Shown one piece after another: positions 1-17,269 of a DNA stretch of 64,000 nucleotides (within the stretch, counting starts at the first letter, position 1; each line of letters starts with the position of its first letter). Under the pieces are notes generated by a model. The model made no database searches. It was not told the DNA's origin and saw nothing but the letters and a program-made list of their open reading frames with translations. Both the position numbers and the translations under genes were made by a program. The stretch covers positions 13,257-77,256 of the forward strand of contig NIVC01003777.1 of NCBI GenBank assembly GCA_002269645.1, given 5' to 3'. Origin of the DNA: Macrostomum lignano (Eukaryota).

Positions 1-931
<931 letters not shown>

Positions 932-1049
932 GACAGAGAAGCAGAGACTGAAGTTAAGAAGCCCAAAGCTGAATAATCACAATACAACAGTCTACTACAA
1001 TCGTCATGCTCTCTCCCCGCTCCAGCCAAGACTCCGGTCTTGCCCGAAC

Positions 1050-4197
<3,148 letters not shown>

Positions 4198-5298
4198 TTT
4201 TTTTCCAAAATCTGGTAACCGAAGTTTGAAATCAGGTAATTCAATTAGCAGACCAGCCAATTTAACTGTGATATCCAGAAGGATTCTCAGGATACTAGCA
4301 TACAAGGCATATGGCTAACCTAATTATAGACAAACGGGTTACTTCTAAACAACATTATAATAAGTAATGTTTATGCTATGTAAACCATATAGCTTGGCCG
4401 AATTATTTTTAATACAGAATACAACACCTTCAACTAGCAGGAATTATTATAGCGCTTTGCACTATAATAAACCATTTATACAGCCTAGCTAAACAGAAAG
4501 TTAATCGCAACAATTACAACAGGTAAATTGACTATCTAGCAAACCAATGGGCCGCTACTAAAACTTTTATTTAATCTCGATAACGAAGGGCATCTCTTAG
4601 ATTTGAATTCGCAAAAGCCGAAGATTCCAAGTCTAATAATAGATTAAGCGCAGTTTTCAATTGCCAACAAAAGAAAATGCCGGGTTTTACTATTCTCCTC
4701 TAAACAAATAATGTCTTAAAAATACTACTGATGAGACAGATTCAAGTAGTGCAAACCGAATCTGCATGCACTTCTTTATCCGGCCTATGGTGATAAAATT
4801 GAATAAAACAGAGCTAAAATGAAATTATGAAAGTTCAATTGTGCATTAATAAGCTTTCCGATTCAATTGCTTTAGTTTTGAGGGCATACTGATAATAACT
4901 TTCCAATTTAGAATTTTAAACTACCGAGAAAGAAGTGAATTGAAAAAAACTTGTACGAGAAGGGCAAGAGGAGAAAGACAACAGCAGAGCGTCAAAGATT
5001 TTAATATAAAAAACGGCTACATAATGCACACGAAATTACCAATTTATGCATTTTATGAATCTACATATCTAAAATTAAAACACAAATAATTACCTAAAAA
5101 AGCATTCCTATACTACTCACGCTAATCCTAGACATGCTAATCAAAGTAGATTAAAGTCTGTTTGCCATTGTCATTTCGCACTATCGACTGAGCCTACGAT
5201 AGTGCGATTAAATCATAATTTAATAAAATCGAATGACATTCAGAGAAACCTAAAGCAAATTGAAATCGTTGTAAGCGAAGAAATGAGAGCCTAACTAA

Positions 5299-5333
5299 GT
5301 CTGTCTGTCTGTCTGTCTGCCTGTCTGTCTAGC

Positions 5334-5398
<65 letters not shown>

Positions 5399-5427
5399 GA
5401 ATGCCTACCTGTCTACCTGTCTGTCTT
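5299..5427. repeat. (CTGT)n microsatellite
   Basis: Direct reading. Confidence 0.95.
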
Positions 5428-5634
5428 CAATTGAATCAGCGCTACATCCTAAATGTCCCGCTACTAAACTGAAGCAGATGAACAAAATCCAATCAACAGG
5501 AGAGAATGAGACGATGTCGCTGGGGGGTGCAGCATTTCGTAATAACAAAAATTTGCTCATAGTGGACCGATTCGTGTAAATAAAAAATATCAGTCAAATG
5601 AGAAGTCCTGCTGCTAAGCTTCAATTATCGCAGT

Positions 5635-6911
5635 CTAAGCGGCCTTGGCAACCGTGACAGTGTAACCAAAGTTAGCCTTAAGCTGCTCCAGGAACACGAA
5701 GGTGAGCACCGTGTGCGGAGCCAGACGCACAAACGCCGGCACGATGCCTTTGAAGAAGCCGAAGAACAGGAAACCGGAGGCGTAGATGTCGGCGGCACAG
5801 GCGGAGAGACCCGTGTAGGCGCCCGGCTTGGCGTTCATTAGGCGAGTCTTCATCACGTCGAACGGCTGCGTGACCAGGGTGGCTGTGCCGCCCGCCCCGA
5901 AGCTCGCAGTGAAGTGCGTCAACGGGTCGTCGCCGAACAAGCCGGTGGACATCAGGGCGCCCTTGAATAGGTCGTAGAAGGCCAGCTGGCCGAAGGTGAC
6001 CAGGGCGGCTCGTGTGGACGTCATTGAGACTCCGTTCATAACTTTGACGGCGCCCTCATTGCGGCACACCTGCAATGGTCATGGGGTGCTCATAGACTGG
6101 TCATAGGGTGGGGCTGCCGATGCTCACAGAATGGTCATGGGGTGGAGCTGCAGCTGCTCATAGACTGGTCATGGGGTGGGGCTGCCGCTGCTCATAGACT
6201 GTTCAGGGTGGGGCTGTCGCTGCTCATAGACTGTTCAGGGTGGGCTGTCGCTGCTCATAGACTGTTCAGGGTGGGCTGTCGCTGCTCATAGACTGGTCAT
6301 AGGTGGGGCTGCCACAGATCATAGCATTGGTCACGGGACCCGATAACACATGGTAGTACTGCCCTGCTCAAGAGTACATGCACTTTTAAATCCCATGCAC
6401 GCAAATAAACAATTGCACAAAAGCAAAATTGGCAATATCAGGTGACTCCGCCCACCTGGTAGAGCCCGTCAAACACGTGACGATAATTCCTCCGCTGATC
6501 CAGCGGCAGTTTGACATCGTTCTGCATGCGCACGTTCACCATGTCGGCCGGGTTGCCAACCACGCCGCCAACGAAGCCGCCAATTAGGGCGACGCCGGCA
6601 GACTCGGCGAACGACATCTTGGCCTGGCCTTTTCTGCTCTTGTAGGTCTCGTAGATGGCAAATCGGGTCATGGAGTACGTCAGCTGGCGCATGATGGAAG
6701 CAGAAAGGCCATTGTACAGTCCCATAATGCCATCCCGCTTCAGCACAACGACACCCATGCGAACCAGCCCAATGTCTGCCTTCTGCTGCGTCTGCAGATG
6801 CACCTTCAGCAGGTCCAACGGATGGGTGCAGGCTGCGGCCATGGCGCTGGCGACTCCACCAAAGTACCAATAGCCCATGTGCTTCACTTCTGGCTGCTTG
6901 TTGGATGCCAT
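5635..6911 (-). CDS. SLC25A10: Mitochondrial dicarboxylate carrier, 2 exons: 6911-6456 and 6069-5635 (296 aa; alternative ATG at 6929)
   Basis: WYFGGVASAMAAACTHPLDLLKVHLQTQ, SIMRQLTYSMTRFAIYE, NPADMVNVRMQND, QPFDVMKTRLMN: three Px[DE]xx[KR] carrier repeats matching the DIC subfamily. Phase-0 GT-AG junction YQ|VCRNEG. Confidence 0.93.
6075..6315. repeat. Degenerate minisatellite (GCTGCTCATAGACTGTTCAGGGTGGGCTGTC-like) in the SLC25A10 intron
   Basis: About 7 imperfect units. Confidence 0.85.
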
Positions 6912-8776
6912 CTTGATGCTGTAAGTCATAGAAATAGAGCTTGACTATGAGATTACCAACTGACTCTCTGGGTAAGATTGTGAGATATTAACTAATTCTC
7001 TAGGTGACACCAACTATGAGACTATAATTCTTGACCTAGTTAAATAAATTTATAATAAAAATATTGAAGAGTATTGTTCATATATTTGAGATAATTATAA
7101 ATAGTTATTATTTTTTATGCCAACCTTATTTAAATTTTAAAAGAAATACTTATTTTTAGAAATTTCAAGTCAATAAAATTTATATTATTATTTGTTTTTA
7201 ATTATATTTTTAATAGTATTACTACATTTTTCTATCAATATATTATCATTTTTATCATAACAATTTCTAATAATCAGGTAGCTATTATATATTATTAAAT
7301 AATTTTAAAATTAAGCTTAAAATAGGAAAATTAAAAATTATAATACTTAACTATAATAAGCATAAGGTCAAAACAATTTTAGTAGACCTAATAAAACTTT
7401 TGCATTTCTATGACTATAAACATAGAACTAGGTCACTAGGGCCAAGGGCCTGCTGCCTATAATGAGAAACTAGGCTTTTTTGAAGGGCACCACTTTAAAA
7501 TAATAAACTTAAGAAATAGTAATACAACTAGGCCCAATTTTCTTTATAACAAAACAAGATAAAACTAGATTTTTAGGGAGAGTAGGCACTTTGCATCTTA
7601 CTTAGTAACATACCATGTGCCACTAACTATGCTCTCCTACTGTACTGGAAAATTGACTTAACTTTGAGAAAATACCTACTGCCAAAGCAGCCAAACCTAG
7701 GATAATAGCATAGGTCTATGCTATTGTAATTGTACTAGATGTCGCAGCTGAAAAATGCGCTTGAGGTTAAGGATAAGCCTTTAGTAGCTGACTATAGCCT
7801 ATGCTATGACTATGTGCAGCATGCGCCCATATTGAATTGAGATTCTATTCCTAATTCCCATGTAAAACAGAAGCAGTGCTTATGTCATTGCCAGAAAATG
7901 TGTATAGCCTTTAAGCACAAATTGATAATAAAAAAATTCAATTAAGTTTACATAAGTTTCCTCTATTTTTAAAAAGAACTTAATGTCATCTTATTTGTTT
8001 TTTAACCTCAATTTGTTACCTAAATATTATATTAAATCGTTCATCTTGAATCGTTGCAAAAAACGAAATTAAATAATCTCTTGTAGCAGATTCTTTTAAA
8101 CATACTAAATCGGAGTTAATAAATTTCTGATGCAAAACAGTCGTTAAAGCATAAGAAACTATTTATTTATTTAAAAAACTGACTGATTTTGTTTTACTTT
8201 GCTGCGCCATGCAAACTTTCGCATTTCGGCAAATGTCCCAGGCTTAAATACCTTTGAAGGCGCATATTGGTGCAGAGTAGGATTGATTATTGAGAGCTGT
8301 TTAACTTAAAATCACCAGCCTTTCATCATCATGCAATTTTAATTTGCAAAGAGGCTCGTGATCAATAACATTTATATTTTGAAACTTTTTTTCAGGATGA
8401 TATCAGAGTTTTTCTAAAAAGCAAGTTTGCAAATATTGTAGCTTTTCGCTAGCTCGAAGATGTTCAAGACAATTTAAATTTTTTTAAGCACTTTAGGTTT
8501 TTATTGCAATTTTATTTTATTTCGATTTTTTTACTCTCAAGTAGAGCAGACAATACATATTTGTGTCATATCATTTCAATACAATAACAGCAGTCAGCAG
8601 ATGATTTGAACCAACAGTACATGTACGTATACATGCTTCTGTTCATGCAAACAGCAAACTTTGACAAATTTATCCGTCAATCTAGCAACAGATATCAATG
8701 TAACAAAGATAAGAATAAATTTGCTAGTCATACGAGCTAGTATCTACTTGAAGCTAGTATTACTCGTAAGTCTCAA

Positions 8777-10357
8777 TCAGAACGTGGCGGCAGTCCACTT
8801 CTCAGCTAGGTCAACAGGGCGCGCTTTGAACACAGCGTCCCGAAGTCGTTCAATCGGTGGCGAGCCATGAGGCAAACGACCCAAAGCAAAGATGCTGAGC
8901 TTCATCTTGGGCCGGGATGCCCTACCATAGGCATCCTGGATGAGAAACTCACCGGGCGAAAAGTCGAATCGGGCTAGTTTGTGCGGCGACGAGTCTAGCA
9001 TCGACCAGCCGGGCGAGTCGCGCCAATCGGGAAAGTTCATGAAGAACCAGCTGGGGGTCCCGCGGTCCAGGCAGTCAGTGACTCGACGAGCTGCCTCCTC
9101 GAGGACGCTCTCGATAAATGGTGGGTTTACGGACCAGCCTCCCGTGCGCCTGGAGACGTTCAGCAGTTGCATATTGAAATGGCACCGGATCCTCCCAGAT
9201 CCTCAGACTAGATTTAGATTATCTGCAGCCCCCTACTCCAGACTGTACTGTCACCCTTTCAACTCCTCACTAAATCCTTGAAATTCACCTGGTCAGATCA
9301 ATGTTGAAAAAGTTTCCTAAACTGCCAAACACAGAGTCTGTGTCGGGGAACAGCGAACAGAATCCGGCCTCGTCCAGTCCAAGGAATCGAGAATTCAATG
9401 GCGACGAGAAGCCTTCATAGCGGGCGCCGAAGTCGCGGTAGTAGACCCGGTGCACGCTGAGTGGGTCGCCCCACTGATAGCTTCCGCTGCCAAGAGACTC
9501 GTAGCGCAGCAGCATGCGGGCCGTGGCGGCCAGGCCGAACCGCTGAGCCAGGTAAGGCAGGCGTCGGGAAGCGGACGATTGAAACTCATGGCCAACCCGG
9601 ATGCAGCCTCGATCCTCGTCGAGCATGCGCAGCTCGATAGCCGGCTGTTCGAGGAACTTTTCCGAGTCGTGGCAGCTCCGACGGAAACGTTCGACCTCGG
9701 CCAGCATGCCGATGGCCAAATTGGTGGCCGAGCGACGCAGTCGACAAAATCCTTTATCGTAGGCGTCGGAAGCCAGCAGCTTTGTCTGACGAAAAAGGAG
9801 AAAATTTGGTCTTCAACTCAGTCATAGACGTACAAAGACAACATCAACATGCCAGTTGCTTATCACAGGTGTACAGAAAGCAGGTAAGGCCAATATAAAA
9901 TCAGAAATATAGTATGAGTCACGTCATACGCATGAAATGTTGATATACGGTATGATTATTGAGGCCTGAATAAATCAGCCGGAGGATCTGAGAGTGTGCC
10001 AGGCAATCAGACATCCAACTAAAATACGAGGTAATGTCGCAGCTTCACCTTCTGATCATCCGACCGCATGCCAATTGGGAACAGCGGCAGCTGCTTATCC
10101 ATCTTGGTGCTGCATCCTCCGTCGCTAACCGCATCAGCTTGCTGCAAGCTAAGGATCCATCGCTCAACAATATTTGTAGCCTCGCGGAGGCCGCTTCCGA
10201 CGCCACGGCCACCGCCTCGCCTACTATTGGGATTTCTCTCCTCGGAAAGTTGTAGAAATTTCTGCACCAAAGTGTCGCAGAATTGCTTTTGCCGGTACTC
10301 GATGGCCAGGCCATTGTCAACTGATTTTTCGCTGTCAGATTTAGTGATAGAATTCAT
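8777..10357 (-). CDS. PCIF1: PCIF1/CAPAM-like N6-adenine (cap m6Am-type) methyltransferase without WW domain, 3 exons: 10357-10049, 9785-9289, 9149-8777 (392 aa)
   Basis: LLRYESLG...YEGFSSPLNSRF...FCSLFPDTDSVFGSLGNFF and GGWSVNPPFIESVL...FPDWRD parallel human PCIF1 FECFASPLN/YCSAFPDTDGYFGSRG/NPPF/IPEWRE. Phases 0 and 2 join in frame. The exon-1 donor could alternatively be the GT 21 nt further on. Orthology not established. Confidence 0.85.
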
Positions 10358-11034
10358 TCTGCTGTTATACGTTCAGTCTAAGCTAAACGTTAGAAGTTCA
10401 ATAGAAGCTTGGAATGGTGTTTTTTGTTATCGATCGACGCGATTCGCAAATTACCAAGATAGTCAATAAGCTGCTTTAAATTGTCTGTGGCACGACCAGA
10501 TTGTGTTTTCTAGCGGTCAAATTTAGCTGTTGGTGTCGCGGATTGTCCTTCTTTGTCTATGGTCGAGTCTCAAACCCCGCCAACGGAGGCAAACTATCCA
10601 TGAAGATGGGGGTCTAGCGCGGCGCTCTTATAGTGACCACTAGGGCTCCTCGATTCCATGTGCAGTCAAATTAATTTGGGGTTGTCGCGACTTCCTTAAG
10701 TCATTGCTTATTTCACTTTCACTCGTCTCTGTTTACTATGTTTTCTTTCCCTCTGTCTAGTTCAATCTTGATATTATTATCTCTCTCTCCCTCGCTGCCT
10801 TCTGATTGGCTCTCCATTCTCGCCTCTTTCCTCAGTCGCAGAGTCCACCCTTCCTCTTATCTAATTGCAATCACCCCCCTAATAAATGCCTTTAGAATAC
10901 TGATTCGGGCCCGGCGCCGCCCTTCACTGTCTGCTAATGTAATGTTTGGGCTAAATTGGAATCTCGGCTTGGCTCTGCTCGTGCAATTAATTAACCGCCT
11001 TGATCAGGCAACCCCCCCATGAGACAGTAAATTG

Positions 11035-11141
11035 TACAGGCCTAGCGATAAATAAAGTTAGGGCCACTGTACACTCCTGTGTGAGTGTGCCTGTGCGTAA
11101 GACTGCGTACGTATCCGCGCGCTTGTGTGCCTGCTCTGGGG
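11035..11141 (+). repeat. Dispersed repeat, second copy at 39245-39341
   Basis: Shared GATAAATAAAGTTAGGGCC...GACTGCGTACGTATCCGCGCGCTTGT with a few substitutions and a 10-bp indel. Confidence 0.85.
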
Positions 11142-13211
11142 CCCGATTTAAGAGCAAGGGAGTAAGGAGTTAGAAGTCAGGAGTGGTCCTAGCAAAGAGT
11201 AAATCGATTTTGTGTGCTATAGAGTTCAAGAATCAAGAGTTAGGAGCTAGGAGTTGTTCCAGGGATAGGAGTGAGGACTTCTAAGGAGTGTAAGGTGTCA
11301 AGGTGATTTGCTAAGGAGTCTGCCAATCTGTGTGCTATATTTAACTCCTAAATGTATGCACCTTTAGGAGTAATTCTAGGAATTAAATAACAAGTTAAAA
11401 TAAGTTTTATTACCCTGTGAAAAGCGGCTATGAGCGCGTAAAGCAATAAAACCATTTTAGGCTAACAAGCCTGCCATTTAATTGGTGGAGGGAGCGCATT
11501 TAATTTGTTGATAGACTAAAATAAATAAAAAATGGTTTAACTGCTATAGTAATTAATTGCTCTCATTTGATAAACAACTAACACTCGTATAAGAAATATC
11601 GCAAAAGAAGGGTGCTATCAGAGACCATAAAATTGGTCATTTTTGTTATTCAGCAAACGTGCCCGTTTTCACTTTTCAGCACAGACATTGCGAAATCCAA
11701 GATTTGTGATGTTTTAAGATGCAACATATCTTTGTTGAAATTGGCGTTGATTCTCATTGAGCGGAAATCATGACACAGTACGAATCAGTGATGACCCACT
11801 TTTTGATTTTCGAAAAAGCTTGTCCTTTGCTTAAATTGCCTGGGTCGCCGATCGTTGGCTCCATCATCGTCTGAGCCTAGGTATTTTTGCTAACAAGAAA
11901 CTGACAAGTGAGTTCTGAATTGGAGTGTGATGTACGGACTGGTGTATTAGACGTGCTTTGATTGTGATGTAACCTGGGGAATGATAGCTTACAGTTAGAG
12001 CTATGGCCCGAGGTACTGATACCAGGGTAGAAGGGGATCAGACCTCACCCTCCCAGGCCCTAGAAGGAGAACTGCAGTAGCTTGGTTTGTGATACTATGG
12101 CAAGGTCTGTTCTAATCCCAACTACGGCCAAGGAGTTTTGAAGGTATGGACTGCTTAAAGTACATCATGTAATTCTGCCACCGCAATTATGCTAAGCATC
12201 TAATGGTGTCCTGACAGTGATGATTATGAGGTCTTTTGCATAGGGGGGCTTCTGATCTGTGCAAGGTCGAGCGAGCCTTTGATTTTAGCTGGGTTTGAGA
12301 TAGAGGGAGAGTTCCAATGAACAATGATTTGACTCCCGTCTGGCAAACGGCAGCGCTGCGATCGGAAACAATGAGGAATTGGCTTCTATTGCTTTAGGCT
12401 CTGTGCACAGGTTTTAGAATAATAATTACATTAGTCTGCGAGTACCACTAAATGCATACAGTTGCACGTACATTATTACACCTGAAATCTCCTTACGATC
12501 TGTCAACAGCTTCAGTTTTGTATCCATGCAGCCGTAAGTCTCGCTTCCAGTTGGCATTGGCATCACTGATCGATTCAGCGGTATCTGCCGAAAGAGGGCG
12601 CCCTCTACTGAGATTGACATTGACAGGCTGAGTTGAAAATAAACAAACTAGCCAATTGTTTTGAACAATTCTGATTCTTCACTTTGTTGTTAGATATTGT
12701 AGTGTTGCTCCTCCTGTTAATTTTAGAGCGTCAAATTACCGGTCATTAAATGTGTTAAGTGACGTTTTGAACAATGCTAGCCAATAATATGAAGTATAGC
12801 ATAGTACCAATAAGGCCGAAAAGCTTTCAAAGTGAATTTCTCAAATTTTCTTGGAAAACTATTTCGATTTTAAAAGCAATTTTCAATAAAAATGCATCAT
12901 GAATTTCAGTTCATTCAGTTGTAAACTTTATTTTGCATACAAACAGATGATACACACAGATGTAGTCTCACCCAGCTAAAGCATTCTAATGATTAATTAA
13001 TAACATTAAAAATAACAATCATTTATTCAACTACAAAATACAAAATTTAAGCGCTTACAAGGACAAAAGAGACGCCATCCAGTGTAACACTAGCATTTCG
13101 TAGAAATTAAGTTAGTGCGCATTTTATATCAACGCGAGTACACGGTCACAATAACTGCAATCTATTCACAATACAATATCAAGTAATGCTTGGGCATCAG
13201 GAAGTCCTCTG

Positions 13212-13745
13212 GGGGAACTTCCGGCCTCTGAGGGGCATAAACGGTAGTTTCTTCAGGCTTCTGAGGGAAGAGGTGGCCTCTTCAGGCTTCTGAGGGAACC
13301 GGTAAGGGTGTCCTCTTCAGGCTTCTGAGGGAACAGGTAGCCTCTTCAGGCTTCTGAGGGAACAGGTGGCCTCTTCAGGCTTCTGAGGGAACAGGTAGCC
13401 TCTTCAGGCCTCTGAGGGGCATAAACGGTAGTTTCTTCAGGCTTCTGAGGGAACCGGTAAGGGTGTCCTCTTCAGGCTTCTGAGGGAACAGGTAGCCTCT
13501 TCAGGCTTCTGAGGGAACAGGTGGCCTCTTCAGGCTTCTGAGGGAACAGGTAGCCTCTTCAGGCTTCTGAGGGGCATAAACGGTAGTTTCTTCAGGCTTC
13601 TGAGGGAACCGGGTGAGGGTGTCCTCTTCAGGCTTCTGAGGGGCATAAACGGTAGTTTCTTCAGGCTTCTGAGGGAACCGGGTGAGGGTGTCCTATTCAG
13701 GCTTCTGAGGGAACAGGTGGCCTCTTCAGGCTTCTGAGGGAACAA
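13212..13745. repeat. Mosaic minisatellite around the core TCTTCAGGCTTCTGAGGG
   Basis: Several unit types interleaved (GAACAGGT[A/G]GCC, GCATAAACGGTAGTT, GAACCGG...GGGTGTCC). Confidence 0.92.
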
Positions 13746-13828
13746 GCAGTCTAAGGAAGCAGAGTGGAATATTTCACCTTCTGGGGGATATATTGAAATT
13801 AGGCGCTTAAATAGAATAAACATAAATA

Positions 13829-14047
13829 CTAGTCTGCAGCTTCCTCCTCAGCCACCAGTCTCTGCATGGTGCCCAGCGACACTCCAAGAATGTCCATAAA
13901 CTGGTAGTGACTGTTGTATAGGGACACGTTAGTTCGTTTGATTCTACGTCTCAGCGATGGACTTTTATAAAATCCAATAGCATAGGACGCATATAGAACT
14001 GGTAGGCCGACAACATTGGCAAGGAATACTTGGTTGATTGTTGGCAT
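13829..14047 (-). CDS. Possible 72-aa single-pass membrane microprotein
   Basis: ATG start, hydrophobic VFLANVVGLPVLYASYAIGF followed by basic SLRRRIKR; loose resemblance by eye to CEBPZOS-type microproteins. Confidence 0.3.
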   Translation of the reverse strand: MPTINQVFLANVVGLPVLYASYAIGFYKSPSLRRRIKRTNVSLYNSHYQFMDILGVSLGTMQRLVAEEEAAD

Positions 14048-14304
14048 GATGGATCTGAAATGATTGCATCAGTTAGTATTGCAACAGTATAATAGAGACA
14101 CAAAAACCTCTCATGGAATCTATAGGCCTTATGCAAACATTTTAAACCTAGGATTACTTAGAGTCTAGACACGCTATTAGCCATTGTCAAAGTCTAGAAT
14201 CGAACTTAGGGTTGTGGCTCAAGAAGTGCACATATTTACTGCAAAGTTATACCAACCTCTTAAATAGGCCTATGCAATATAACTAAGTTAGGTTTCCATT
14301 TCTA

Positions 14305-14557
14305 GGGGTTGTAGCCTAGTGGTTAGAGCATGACTTGAAGGTCGGTGGTTCGATTCTTGATCTCACTGGAACGATATGTGACCTTGAGCAAGACACTCAA
14401 CTCTGCATTGCTTCAGTTCACCCAGCTATAAAATGGGTGCCAGCATTAGCTGGGGTAACTGAGGGTGTTTTTGTGACCCCCTATCTTTGGATTGAACAGC
14501 AATATGCAGCTTTTGGATGTGCTACACAATAGCTGGGGCTGAGCTGTTGGTTGCACA
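14305..14557 (+). mobile_element. tRNA-derived SINE with CORE-like central domain
   Basis: A box TAGCCTAGTGG, B box GGTTCGATTC, then GTGACCTTGAGCAAGACACT...CTTCAGT...CAGCTATAAAATGGG. Related copies at 24710-24948 (-) and 43598-43829 (+). Confidence 0.85.
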
Positions 14558-16088
14558 TTGGCCCAATTGGGTCAAGTATAATCCATTTTTTTCTTTTTTA
14601 GCACAAAAATTGTTATTGCTTTTGGTAGGAGGCTGACCCAATGTTCATCTTTTGATACCTTACTTATGGCTCTATTAATATTCATATAACTTTTTATTTA
14701 TAAAACTAGTATTCTATGTTATTGTTAATTTTATAGCTTACATTCAATTGAACAAGTACTAGGGCCTAAAAAGCATAAAAATGGCATAGTGTAACTCATT
14801 GATTTTATGAATCTATTTTATCATTCTTATCTTAATGGCTACTTGTAATGGGTAGCCAATTGTGATAAGAACCTATTACAATTGGAACAAAGGTCAACAA
14901 AATCAGTTTTGTTTATCATTTTCTTGGAAAGATTGCAGTTATCTAATGTTCCAATAAAGCAAAGGAAAAATCCTAACTGGAATATATTTATCAATACTAG
15001 CAATAGTGCATAACTATTAAGTGACTTCAAAAGCCAGATTGCCAAGTCTAGGGAAACAAAATTCAAAAGTATTACAATGAGTTGAGTGATCCAAAGTGGC
15101 ATCAAACAACAGTTTAAATCCTATAGATGGTAATGGTTAAAGAAAAGTAAATTTCTAAATCTATTTAGCTATATTATAAGAGCCCAGCTACCTAGGCCTA
15201 TTAAATGCTATAGGCCTACCTCTATTATAGCTAAGGTCTAAACTATGCTAGATACTTACATGTTAGACCATGCAAGCATAAGTCCCAAAGATCAATGATT
15301 TTGTATATACCTCATAATATCCCTACCATGTACCACTGCTATGCTGCACCATTGCTCAATGTGTTGCACTACCACCAAACACAATGCCAACTTCCATGCA
15401 CTATGCCACTGCTAAAGACTAATTTGCATTAGATGTTGTCAATAATAATGGCCATTGGCTACAATAGGCTTATGTACAACAATTAAGGCAATTAAAACCT
15501 ATAAATGAAGCAGTTGTTGCTATTTTCCATGGAAGCTAAAGCAACTATAAGTAACCAATTGCATATTATCAAGTATATAAAACCTTTAGTCAGTTCCATT
15601 CCTCTATAGTTTAGATCATTTATTAGTATATACCAAAGAAAATAGTAGGCCTATATATCCATATTTAGATGCCATGCAAAACTAAAAAATATTTTCATTA
15701 TACATAGCAAAGTTATATACTTTTTTATATTTGTATAATATATTTTAAGGTATATCATTATCATATATACATATATATGTCTAGTCATATGCCAGGATAT
15801 AGGCCTATACTTGGTATATACTAAAAATGGCAAGTAGCCTACCTATTGTCCCTATTGAAATAACTACCCATATAGTGTACGTCCATCTGCCATACAAAGT
15901 TGTTAAATTTTGATATTATGGCTTATGCCATAGTCTATACTATTGCAAAATTAGTTATATTTATATATAAGTAAGTTATATATAACATTTAATATCATTT
16001 ATTATACCTAAGCATAATATTTATAACCTATATTGCACATTAGCAAGATCTAAAATGGTATTCTAATAGGGCCCATTGTTGTAGGCCC

Positions 16089-16601
16089 TATACTAGGAAA
16101 TCTGGCATAACTATGGTTTCATTCATTATATTATTTTATTTAAAAAGCAACAAGTTATTAGAGATTATGACAAACTGTACTTGGAAAAGTTCAGAAAAGA
16201 TGACCCACTACCAAAAAAGTTCAAATTAGAGTTTGAAGTCACAAGAAAGATAATTAGAGGGGATAATAATGTGACATCCAGTAGAGAAAGTTGCCAAACA
16301 CATTCTGTAGATATAGACGGCACCATAGAAATTCCTGTAGATGAGTTTTGAATAGACCATCACTTGTCCCATACATGTTGCGAAACTTTGGCTTGCAATG
16401 TGCCCACATTCCCTTGATAGTGTTTGTATAAACTGTTGGGTCTTGGGGGTCCACAAAATGGAGCCGGTGGTTTACAGATGCGTGGAATGATTATTGTAGG
16501 AGCCAGTGGTCATCTAGCCATTTCTTCGTGCACTGGAACAAATTTGAAACAAGAAATAATATAATGAACAAAGCCATAGTTATGCCAGAAATCCTAGTAT
16601 A
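16089..16601 (-). mobile_element. Merlin (IS1595/ISXO2-like) DNA transposon relic: C-terminal transposase fragment between ~50-bp inverted repeats
   Basis: ASVNHRLHFVDPQDPTVYTNTIKGMWAHCKPKFRNMYGTSDGLFKTHLQEFLW (about 16480-16254) fits the Merlin VNHS..FVDP.TG.HTN.IE..W...K...YL.EF.W motif. In-frame stop upstream. TATACTAGGAAATCTGGCATAACTATGG at 16089 is inverted at about 16572-16601. Confidence 0.8.
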
Positions 16602-17269
16602 CATGTCACGTTACCATCCAAACTATGGAGTTAGCTTTGATTCTAGGCCTTAGCCTAATAGGCAAATGCCTTTGCACTAAGGCCCCTATAAAGCTAGAAT
16701 TTGTACTATCGATCATAGTAGGCCCAGGCCTAGTAATTATAAGCAAGAGATGACACAAACATTAAGTATTTTAATGATATATATTGCTTTAATGAGTAGT
16801 AAATAATATTAAAACAGATAAAAAAATAAATTTTACACTGGAAATTATATTGTTTTGAGAATTCAAACATCCTAAAAAATTCAATGTTTATTTAATCAAA
16901 GCCTTGCAACCTTTGATTTGCTTAGGTAAACCCAACCTAATTTTTACAGCACTATTTCTAAACTATCTTATGAGTTATGACAAAAGCCCATATTTGTCAT
17001 CATTAGGCCTAATGTTCTGCACTGCCTGAAAAATATGTGCAATGCCCTCGCAAAAAACAGAATCATTTCAATAGAGACAAGCAAACAGAATGGCAAGATC
17101 TGGTTGACTTCTACTAAAAGGGACGATAGCTTATTATATTCGACAGCTTAAGACTGTCAGATTTGGCTGACTGAGCAATATGTATTTCAATGTCTGATTG
17201 GGTCTAATTGATAAGCATCTATTTTGTACTAAATATAAATAGTGCTATGATATTTTTACAACCTTCTAC

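Noticed and set aside
11925-12290. Possible C/D-box snoRNA cluster (several RTGAT.../CTGA motifs)
   Set aside because: Boxes are imperfect, spacing is inconsistent, and I could not identify an rRNA guide; needs snoscan/Infernal.
14305-14375. tRNA gene
   Set aside because: A and B boxes are present but there is no convincing cloverleaf, and the sequence continues into a body shared by other SINE copies.
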